Positions 8,112-15,369 of a stretch of 15,369 bases of DNA are shown here, one piece after another. A model generated the notes under the pieces. The model was not told where the DNA came from. It saw nothing but the letters and a program-made list of their open reading frames with translations, and searched no databases. Source of the DNA: Promethearchaeota archaeon (lineage in GTDB: Archaea > Asgardarchaeota > Lokiarchaeia > Sigyniarchaeales > SOKP01); NCBI GenBank assembly GCA_048941285.1, contig JBHLNS010000066.1:1-15369 (forward strand), in the 5' to 3' direction. The translations under genes and the position numbers were made by a program. Positions within the stretch are counted from its first letter, which is position 1. Each line of letters begins with the position of its first letter.

Positions 8112-9782
8112 ATGGCAAAAGATAAAAAAAAGAAGCAAAAGAAAGAGAAAAAGAAGAAGCAAAAATCTGGGCAGAGCGCAGATATGTTTTCTCAGCTATA
8201 CGCTAAAAAAGGTAAAGGAACAGCACCTAGTGTTTCATTTGGAAACAGTATTGATAGGTCTGGCGATAAATTATTTCTAGGGTCAGATTATCGAGAAGTA
8301 TACATTCCAGAAAGATCATGGGCAGAAATGCTTGCTGATACTGAACATTGGACCGCCTTACCATTCACACATGGTATTGAAATGGAATTAATAATAGCAG
8401 ATGATAATGGAGATTATCCTCCTGGAGAAGAAATGGTCTTTAGAATGAAAGAAATTGTAAAAGATGCCATTAAAATCATGGATGAGGTATTATTTGAAGG
8501 AAGAAGTGATTTTCTTCCTGTGCCAGATTATATCAGGCAAAAAGTATTGGCTCGACCTTGGGGAAGAGATGATCTTGAAAAGGGATATGCAATGAATATT
8601 CGCTATGCTCTTGGCGATGGATCTGTAGATATTGATACATTTGCGAGAGATGGAAATGTTACAGCAATAACATATATTTTAGAGCTCGTTACTCCACCAT
8701 GTATATATATTGAAGAGCTAGCATTCTGGGCAAGTACATTGTTCTTGTTAGCAAAAGCTACATTACCAAAAGATTTACATATCATTGCTTCTGCTATAAA
8801 TCCGGCCACTAGTGAATATATGAGGGGCGTTTCACAAGCGGACCACAGTCACATAGGTACTTTCGAATCAGAGTTAGAAAAAATTCAAGCTTATTGTATG
8901 ATTCGTAATTTTATACCACATATAATTGCTCTTACATGCAATTCACCAATTCTAAACAATAAACCTACAGACGTTGTAAAAATTATAAATAATAGAATCA
9001 CAGCACCTAATTGTGTAAGATCATTACGACTAAAATATAATACAACCATGTTAAGTAATAACGATCCTACTCATTTCATTCCATATTTAACTTCATCAGA
9101 TCAAAATTCACAAAACTACTTTCTCCAAATCGTGCAAAAAGCTAGTTTAGAGGATGGCCGTTTTCAAGATGTATTTCCTTTTACAGATTGGGGTACAATA
9201 GAAGTGCGGATAAGTGATGCACAAATTTCTATTTGTCGCCGAATAGGTATTGCCCTTTTAATACAAGCTATGTGTTATAAAGCCAGGAAATTACTTAAAC
9301 ATGGTGTTTGGGTTCCTGATGCAGGAAGCAATACCATTGCGCCTAATCGTCAAAGTGCTATAGATCGTGGTTTAATTTCTTTGTTTCGCCCCGCTTCAGA
9401 TCTCACTCGAGAAAAGTTAGCTCAGTATGATTCTGAATTTGCTAAACAGTATCTGGGTCCAAAAGATCAACCAGTACGCTACATGATGCAAGCAGTTCAA
9501 AGAATGTTTTTCTATTTAAAAGATGAATTAAAAGAACTAGGATTTTTATATTCTCCATTTATGAAACCTATATTGCAATCTGTTTTTGGGAGTGTAAGTT
9601 ATGCTGAGCCACCTATAACAGAAGCTGAATATCAACTTTCGCTTTATGACTATAAATTGAAAAATGGAGAAAATCCAAGCATTTTATATGATTTAATATA
9701 TTTTACAATTCAATATTGTCAAGATCCTTTGAATAATCCACTAACAGGAGTTTTAACACTTCCAAAAGAAATGAGAGATTAG
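8112..9782 (+). CDS. Glutamate--cysteine ligase family 2 (GCS2/YbdK-like) carboxylate-amine ligase
   Basis: GS-fold ligase motifs FTHGIEMELIIAD (ExE), LELVTPP, HSHIG (HxH), IIALTCNSP, RSLR and DVFPFTDWGTIEVRISDAQ (cf. YbdK WDIRP..FGTVEVRVMD). AGGGA lies 8 nt upstream of the ATG. Confidence 0.85.
   Translation: MAKDKKKKQKKEKKKKQKSGQSADMFSQLYAKKGKGTAPSVSFGNSIDRSGDKLFLGSDYREVYIPERSWAEMLADTEHWTALPFTHGIEMELIIADDNGDYPPGEEMVFRMKEIVKDAIKIMDEVLFEGRSDFLPVPDYIRQKVLARPWGRDDLEKGYAMNIRYALGDGSVDIDTFARDGNVTAITYILELVTPPCIYIEELAFWASTLFLLAKATLPKDLHIIASAINPATSEYMRGVSQADHSHIGTFESELEKIQAYCMIRNFIPHIIALTCNSPILNNKPTDVVKIINNRITAPNCVRSLRLKYNTTMLSNNDPTHFIPYLTSSDQNSQNYFLQIVQKASLEDGRFQDVFPFTDWGTIEVRISDAQISICRRIGIALLIQAMCYKARKLLKHGVWVPDAGSNTIAPNRQSAIDRGLISLFRPASDLTREKLAQYDSEFAKQYLGPKDQPVRYMMQAVQRMFFYLKDELKELGFLYSPFMKPILQSVFGSVSYAEPPITEAEYQLSLYDYKLKNGENPSILYDLIYFTIQYCQDPLNNPLTGVLTLPKEMRD
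8118..8165 (+). repeat. Imperfect 24-bp tandem duplication encoding K[D/E]KKKKQK x2
   Basis: aaagataaaaaaaagaagcaaaag (8118-8141) and aaagagaaaaagaagaagcaaaaa (8142-8165). Confidence 0.65.
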
Positions 9783-9813
9783 TTACCATTAAAAAAAACA
9801 AGGGGATAAGTTA

Positions 9814-11361
9814 ATGTTAACATGTACTATAGAGCAAGACGGAAAAGAGAGAATAGAACATCTACTTGTAATTGATGCTCATTCCCATCTTGGCCAAGAC
9901 GTAGATGGGGCAACTATGATGAATCCTTTGGCTCCAGGAGTAGGAACATTTGATTTCTGGGGTAATGTACAAGGTAGAATAAAAGCTGAATGGGAGAAAA
10001 CTGGAGAACAGTCTTTTACAACAACTATGGATGGAAAATTCACTAAAATTTCTTGGTCGTTTACTCCTTTTCCTTTCACAAACCATCTTTATAGCGAATT
10101 AGAAAAATTGGGGAAAAAATTCTCTGATTTAAAAGAAAAATCAAAGTTTTATTCTTTCATAGATATGGGGGTATGTTTCCCTTTCCAAGATGTTTTTAGA
10201 GATAAGATGTCAGAAGCTTTATATAGAGCAAGCAATATTAATGTTTCCCGTTTTACAACTCGATTTCCATTTTCTATGAAATTAATAGGGTATGGCCGTT
10301 GCGATCCAATGGAAGGCTCAAAAGCTGTAAATGAAGTGAAATATATAAGAGAGACACTGGGACTTCGAGGTTTAAAATTGCATCCAAGGTCAGAAGGATA
10401 TATTGATAAAATGACCTCTGAAAAGGTGATAAATGTTCTGGTTGAAGCCGCGAGTTATTCATTGCCTGTTATTTTTGATACACGAGGTCGGGGATCAATC
10501 TTGGAAATTGGGAAACTAATAAGAGCTGCTCGAAATATAATCCAATCAAATTTTTCAGATTTATTATCTCATTTTAAAGTGATAATTGCCCATTTTGCTC
10601 AAGGTAACATTGATGATTATGAAGTATATAGTACAGTCGTCCAACCAAACACATATGGCGATCTTTCAATGTTACATGGTGCGGGTGCAGGGAATTTTTT
10701 TGAAAGTTTTAGAAAATGGTTTCAATCTAATAACAAAAAGAGTGTGGATAATCGAGATTGGTCAGAATACCTTCTTTTTGCGACAGATTACCCCTATTTT
10801 GGTGATGCCCATGCTCAGAAATTGATGAAATATATTATTAATAAACAATTCTTCGATTCTGGGGGTACAGTTGCAGATATTAGAAATATAATTGGATTAA
10901 ATCAGTTAAGAATTTTACCTGAGTATAATACACCTCAAAATCAGAAAGAAAGTAAATCTGTACCCAGTATAATAGTTTCAAATCCCAATTTTCATCAGAA
11001 TAAGGTAAGTGCTTATGATACATCTATAATGGCTTTAGCAAGGTTAATCGTAGAAAATAAAATCGATATTAAAAAGTTATGTATACAATTTAAGGATACA
11101 TGGGATTTTTTGAGTGAAAATGTGTTATTGACTATCTTATCAAATAATACAAAAGAAGAAAGAAATCTGCTATTAATGAACTTAGTGAAAGATAAAGTGG
11201 CTCTTTTTGCTCCATTACATTCAGCCATCGATTGGAAAAGATTTGGATATAGTTACTTTAATCCTGAAGATCGCGCTTTTTTTGCTTCAGTTTTTAAGCA
11301 GAATTATTTAGTCACTGATATTAAAAAGACAGTAGATACTTTTTCGCATGTATATACTTAA
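9814..11361 (+). CDS. Amidohydrolase-superfamily (Amidohydro_2-like TIM barrel) metallohydrolase with C-terminal extension
   Basis: IDAHSHLG (HxH), GLRGLKLHP, IIAHF and LLFATDYPY motifs. Starts 31 nt after the ligase stop, with AGGGGA upstream. Confidence 0.88.
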   Translation: MLTCTIEQDGKERIEHLLVIDAHSHLGQDVDGATMMNPLAPGVGTFDFWGNVQGRIKAEWEKTGEQSFTTTMDGKFTKISWSFTPFPFTNHLYSELEKLGKKFSDLKEKSKFYSFIDMGVCFPFQDVFRDKMSEALYRASNINVSRFTTRFPFSMKLIGYGRCDPMEGSKAVNEVKYIRETLGLRGLKLHPRSEGYIDKMTSEKVINVLVEAASYSLPVIFDTRGRGSILEIGKLIRAARNIIQSNFSDLLSHFKVIIAHFAQGNIDDYEVYSTVVQPNTYGDLSMLHGAGAGNFFESFRKWFQSNNKKSVDNRDWSEYLLFATDYPYFGDAHAQKLMKYIINKQFFDSGGTVADIRNIIGLNQLRILPEYNTPQNQKESKSVPSIIVSNPNFHQNKVSAYDTSIMALARLIVENKIDIKKLCIQFKDTWDFLSENVLLTILSNNTKEERNLLLMNLVKDKVALFAPLHSAIDWKRFGYSYFNPEDRAFFASVFKQNYLVTDIKKTVDTFSHVYT

Positions 11362-11405
11362 ATTATAAATGGTTATAATCTAATTAATATTAGAGCAAAT
11401 AATAT

Positions 11406-11439
11406 AATTGTGTAGCGCCTACATAATTTATTTCTTTTT
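11406..11439 (+). terminator. Stem-loop followed by T-tract; putative terminator or palindromic operator
   Basis: AATTGTGTAG-CGC-CTACATAATT (10-bp stem, one G.U pair) at 11406-11428, then TATTTCTTTTT at 11429-11439, lying 45 nt after the amidohydrolase stop. Confidence 0.45.
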
Positions 11440-11450
11440 AGGGATAAAAC

Positions 11451-12497
11451 TTGAAAGGAATTGTAATTTTAAATCTGGATAAAAAATCAGATTTAATTAA
11501 GGATATTGAATACCCGCAGGATATCTGTGAAAAATTAGGAGTAACAGAATCAATGCTTGCGACTGTCTTCGAAGAACATAAGAGAGTTAGGACAGGTCCT
11601 AATTATCTAGAAATGCAGATAAAGCGTGATATTAGTGTAGCTAGTTTTTTTACTGGGCATTCTTCCAAACATTTTATTGGGAAGGGAGATCATGTAATTA
11701 CAGTGTTCCTTTCTGATGAAGATATACTTCCAAATAATTTTGAGGGTCAAGTAAGAAGATTCGCTTTTGAATTATTACCTAAAAGAATGGAAAAAAAATT
11801 TAATGAACTATTTTCAAAATCTTACGAGTTGTTAGAGAAAGGAGAACTTGATGCCTATTGGCAGGAAAGACAAGAATTTGAACAAGAAATTGTAGAAAAA
11901 AAGGACAAGATTGAGGATCTAGCTCATAAAGTATCTTTGTTAGTTTCTGATAGAACCGAACATTTAAAGAACGTAGAAGCCTTAAAGGATGAAGTATCTG
12001 GTTTGTATTTAAAATTAGAAAATTGGAGTAGCCAAATGGCAGATATAAATGAACATAACGCCTCATTAACATCAAAAAATAGAGAATTAACTAGATTATT
12101 AAATGTACAAACATTGGCATTAAACCAAAAAGACGAACGAATTAATAATTTAAAAGCAAAATTAGGTGATACAGATGAAATTGAAAAAGGTGCTGAAAAA
12201 TTACTTATTGAAATTAAAAAAATTAAGATGGAAAATGATAACTTGAATAAACAAATTGAAAATTTAAATGAAATTAATAAGAAATTAAAATTTGAGGCAT
12301 TAAAAGCAAAAAGGGAAAGTGATTCAGTTCCAGATTTAGAAAGCGAAATTAAAAAATTGAATAATAAAATTCTAGGTTTAAATAATGAAAAAGAAAATAT
12401 AGCACGTGAATTAAAAGATTTGAAGGAAGAAATAAATCTTCTCCGGCAAGAACGAGATAAATATTACAGAATTATAAAAGAAAAGAATCTTATTTAA
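11451..12497 (+). CDS. Hypothetical protein: N-terminal longin/uDENN-like alpha/beta domain plus about 200-aa coiled coil
   Basis: TTG start with AGGGA 6 nt upstream. The N-terminus follows a beta-beta-alpha-beta-beta-beta-alpha pattern (GIVILNLDKKSD-LIKDIEYP...ISVASFFTG...HVITVFLSDED...FEGQVRRFAFELL). Residues ~140-345 are heptad-rich in E/K/L/N. The CDS itself is secure; the fold call is an inference. Confidence 0.7.
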   Translation: MKGIVILNLDKKSDLIKDIEYPQDICEKLGVTESMLATVFEEHKRVRTGPNYLEMQIKRDISVASFFTGHSSKHFIGKGDHVITVFLSDEDILPNNFEGQVRRFAFELLPKRMEKKFNELFSKSYELLEKGELDAYWQERQEFEQEIVEKKDKIEDLAHKVSLLVSDRTEHLKNVEALKDEVSGLYLKLENWSSQMADINEHNASLTSKNRELTRLLNVQTLALNQKDERINNLKAKLGDTDEIEKGAEKLLIEIKKIKMENDNLNKQIENLNEINKKLKFEALKAKRESDSVPDLESEIKKLNNKILGLNNEKENIARELKDLKEEINLLRQERDKYYRIIKEKNLI

Positions 12498-12524
12498 CTA
12501 GATTTATGGAATAGAAGTAAAAAT

Positions 12525-13367
12525 TCAAGAATTATCGATATAATACTTTTTTATAAAGTTCATATTCATCAGAACTGCCTCTCGAGTTGATAATTCTCCA
12601 TGTCCTGGTACATAAGTCTCAATATCTTTTTCCACAATTGAATTCAAAATTTCATATAATTTAAGTGGATCGAGTGCATTAAACCTAGCAGTTTCAGTTG
12701 GTGCCCAACTCTCGTCCAAATCAGCAAAGAGTAAATCTCCCATAAAGCAGATTTTCTCATTTGGAAAATAAGCGATAATATCAGATTCTGTATGACCACC
12801 TCCAAAAGGAATCAAATGAACACGCTTTTTAGTTCCATTTATTAGCAACTTTTCTTTAATCAAAAAATCTGGCAATCTTATTTTAAAATTTGGATCTTTA
12901 ACATATTTATAAAATTCCAAATCATTACAAATTTCAACTTCACCCCATGGACCATCGTTAGATTTTAACATTTCCTCACGCCTTAGTATTTCTTGATCTG
13001 CAATTTCCCTTTGATGCTCCAGCTGATCAAATCCTGTTTCTCTAATCTTTTCCAATGTAAGATGATTGCTTATGATGGGGATGTTCTCTGGGAAAATACA
13101 ATTTCCGAATATGTGATCAGTATGGTAATGGCTATTAATAATAAATGAGGGATCCTTATCATAAAATTTTTTGATTGCCTTATATAAATCACGAGCAGCA
13201 CCTGGATGTAAATAAGTATCAAAAACGATTATATGATTTCCTAAATCGAAGAATCCGGCACTTTCACTCACTCCCGAATCATTTCTGGACATTGCAGCAT
13301 AAATTCCTTCTGTTAGTTCAAAAAGATTAAAATAAGTTGATTCAAAGTCAATTTTTTTATGATTCAT
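12525..13367 (-). CDS. MBL-fold metallo-hydrolase (cyclase-like group)
   Basis: VFDT, SHYHTDH (HxHxDH), GGHTESD, FMGDLLF and VPGHG motifs. Confidence 0.93.
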   Translation of the reverse strand: MNHKKIDFESTYFNLFELTEGIYAAMSRNDSGVSESAGFFDLGNHIIVFDTYLHPGAARDLYKAIKKFYDKDPSFIINSHYHTDHIFGNCIFPENIPIISNHLTLEKIRETGFDQLEHQREIADQEILRREEMLKSNDGPWGEVEICNDLEFYKYVKDPNFKIRLPDFLIKEKLLINGTKKRVHLIPFGGGHTESDIIAYFPNEKICFMGDLLFADLDESWAPTETARFNALDPLKLYEILNSIVEKDIETYVPGHGELSTREAVLMNMNFIKKYYIDNS

Positions 13368-13544
13368 TTTTTATTTCATTACCAGATATTAAAATAGGTT
13401 GACTAAATGATAAAATGTAATAAATTTATTTATAGATTAATTTAATAAACTTCATATGAACTTTTCATTGGATTTGAACTATTTAATTCTGATTTAGAAA
13501 ATGAATGAAAAAACGCAACGTTTACTAAAAAAATTAAAGCATAA

Positions 13545-14492
13545 TTATGATTTTTTTAATAACTCGGCAAGGAAATTAAGATTCCATTCTAAAATTGGAC
13601 TATCAAAGGATTGCAACTCTTCTGAAAAATCCTCTCTTTTTAGTTGGGTCGGATCTTCTCCCGCTTCAATACGGTTCTTGACTAGTTCAAGAATTTCTTT
13701 AATATATTTATTTTCTAAGGAAAATTGTTCTTTTGATGCTAATCTACCGTGTCCTGGTACCACAACTTTAAAGTCAAATGACATGATTTCCTCATTCACT
13801 GAAAGCCATCCTCTAGGATCTCCTGATCCCAACCAAGGATCGATCCGGGCAAATAAGAGATCTCCAGCAAATAATACTTTTTCTTCTGGGATAAATATAG
13901 TTACGTCTCCATCGGTATGAGCTTTTTTAAAAGTGCGTAATTGAACCGATTCTCCTTTTCCATATATGACACATCCTTCTTTAAAGGTAAGTTTGGGTTC
14001 TCGTATAAAAAATCCGTCTGAACGAACAGTTCTAAGAAATTTAAGATCATTTTCAATATCTTTCTTCTTTATTTCATCTGTTTCCCTTTCAAGTGATTGT
14101 TCCATTTCTGTTAAATCAATCTTCTTAAATTCTTCAATTCTTTTCCTATTCTCTATTTGAATATTTTTAAGAGTGCGATCAGATGTCATCATTTGAATGG
14201 ATTTGTCGAATAAAGATGTACCCATAAGATGATCCATATGATAATGAGTAATCACGATAAAATTAGGATTTTTTTGTGTGTATTGAATAGCTGCTTCTTT
14301 TAAATCTTTAGCAGCGTCCGCATCACCAGTAGTGTCGATTATTATCAAATAATCCTCAATGTCAATAAAACCTGCATTTCCCCCCATACCTGAATTTTCT
14401 TTACCAATCGCCCCATAAGCACTTTGTGAGAGTTTATACAGATCAAAGAATTCTGATTCAAAATCTAACTTTTTTACTAAATCAAATGACAT
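13545..14492 (-). CDS. MBL-fold metallo-hydrolase (cyclase-like group), paralog of 12525..13367
   Basis: GGNAGFID, IIDT, THYHMDH, AHTDGD, FAGDLLF and VPGHG motifs. Confidence 0.93.
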   Translation of the reverse strand: MSFDLVKKLDFESEFFDLYKLSQSAYGAIGKENSGMGGNAGFIDIEDYLIIIDTTGDADAAKDLKEAAIQYTQKNPNFIVITHYHMDHLMGTSLFDKSIQMMTSDRTLKNIQIENRKRIEEFKKIDLTEMEQSLERETDEIKKKDIENDLKFLRTVRSDGFFIREPKLTFKEGCVIYGKGESVQLRTFKKAHTDGDVTIFIPEEKVLFAGDLLFARIDPWLGSGDPRGWLSVNEEIMSFDFKVVVPGHGRLASKEQFSLENKYIKEILELVKNRIEAGEDPTQLKREDFSEELQSFDSPILEWNLNFLAELLKKS

Positions 14493-14668
14493 AAACTTTT
14501 TTGGTAAATACCATTGAAAAACTTTTGTGATTTTTCTTGTTTAAATCTTCAAATCGTAGCTAGATTTCTGATATTAATGTTATAAATAATCAAGATGATA
14601 ATGTATTATATTTAAATATTTGAATGGCGATAAATAAGTTAAAATCTTTCATAAAAAGGGAAAATCTA

Positions 14669-15369
14669 ATGATAAATAGGAAAAATCAAAAATTAATGAC
14701 AATTTTTACCTCAATTGTTATATGTTCTTTTATGAGTATGATGATAAGCACTAATCTTAATGTATCAAATGGGAAATTTGAACTCAGTAATAATTATGAT
14801 ACAGGTTTGCTAAAAATGGCTACTTTGTATCAAGATCTCATAATCGATGATAATGGTGCACAAGATTGGGAATGGGCAAAAATCAGTGGAATTTGTACTG
14901 GAATGGGTACCGTTGTAAATCCATATAGAATATTAAATGGTGTTTTTGAATATCAATCATACCCAGATGGACATTGTTTACAGATATTAAATTCACGTAA
15001 ATACTTCATTCTTAGAAATTGTACTTTTAGAGATGCCGACATGTTGGGGGCTGGATTATATATGAATAACGTTACTAATGGTCTAATTGATGATTGTTTT
15101 GTAGTTAGTGATCTCTATCTTGACTGTACAGGAATTTACATGGAAAATGTAAATAATACCCAGATAAGAAATACATATATTCACGATAATGGTAATGATG
15201 GAATTTATATGTTAGATTCTCATTTTAATACAATTAGATATAATAACATATCAGCAAATGAAGATCGTGGAATATATCTTACTCAAAGCACTTTTAATAC
15301 CATTTCTAATAATGAGATAAATGACAATCAAAACGCTGATGGGATTTTAATGGATACAAATAGTGATGA
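14669..15369 (+). CDS. Secreted/surface right-handed parallel beta-helix (NosD/CASH-like) protein, 3' truncated by the window edge
   Basis: Not in the ORF track because there is no stop. Open from ATG 14669: MINRKNQKLMTIFTSIVICSFMSMMIS (signal-peptide-like), then ICTGMGTVVNPYRI, CLQILNSRKYFILRNCTF and repeats GIYMENVNNTQIRNTYIHDN / GIYMLDSHFNTIRYNNISAN / GIYLTQSTFNTISNNEINDN. AGGGA lies 7 nt upstream. Confidence 0.88.
   Translation, partial: MINRKNQKLMTIFTSIVICSFMSMMISTNLNVSNGKFELSNNYDTGLLKMATLYQDLIIDDNGAQDWEWAKISGICTGMGTVVNPYRILNGVFEYQSYPDGHCLQILNSRKYFILRNCTFRDADMLGAGLYMNNVTNGLIDDCFVVSDLYLDCTGIYMENVNNTQIRNTYIHDNGNDGIYMLDSHFNTIRYNNISANEDRGIYLTQSTFNTISNNEINDNQNADGILMDTNSD

Noticed and set aside
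8603-8809. 68-aa antisense ORF
   Set aside because: Shadow ORF inside the well-supported ligase gene.
9862-10825. Four short ORFs (9862-10086, 9879-10079, 10274-10462, 10586-10825)
   Set aside because: Antisense or alternate-frame ORFs within the amidohydrolase, with no recognisable features.
11013-12075. Antisense ORFs 11013-11228 and 11800-12075
   Set aside because: Shadows of the amidohydrolase and coiled-coil genes.
13501-14160. 139-aa and 64-aa + strand ORFs
   Set aside because: Antisense to the MBL-fold gene, with the Ser/Phe-rich composition typical of reverse-frame translation.
12525-14492. Interpretation of the MBL genes as antibiotic-resistance beta-lactamases
   Set aside because: No signal peptides; the HxHxDH…H…D…H pattern is the generic MBL-fold hydrolase type.
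1-15369. CRISPR arrays, tRNA/rRNA, IS elements, selenocysteine read-through or frameshifted genes
   Set aside because: No spaced direct repeats, cloverleafs, transposase or integrase motifs seen by eye; the enzyme ORFs have complete motif sets and no internal stops.

Overview
AT-rich, gene-dense archaeal-type window, most likely Asgard/Lokiarchaeia (inferred from gene content and protein style, not from a search). The left part (1-6021) is an isoprenoid cluster. It holds the N-terminus of a probable UbiD-family decarboxylase running off the left edge, a class II HMG-CoA reductase, a divergent UbiX flavin prenyltransferase, an alpha/beta hydrolase, an unusually long HMG-CoA synthase and a cis-prenyltransferase (UppS). 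The synthase has eukaryote/bacteria-like motifs and a fused DUF35-like Zn-ribbon/OB tail. The middle (6143-12497) is a co-oriented run of poorly characterised genes: an Ig-like + 32-aa helical repeat protein, a GCS2/YbdK-type carboxylate-amine ligase with a poly-Lys N-tail, an amidohydrolase, and a longin-like + coiled-coil protein. The right part has two tandem MBL-fold hydrolase paralogs and the start of a secreted beta-helix (NosD/CASH-like) protein. The best novelty candidates are the HMG-CoA synthase-DUF35 fusion and the ligase/amidohydrolase pair, a possible amide writer/eraser module. No RNA genes, CRISPR arrays or mobile elements were seen.
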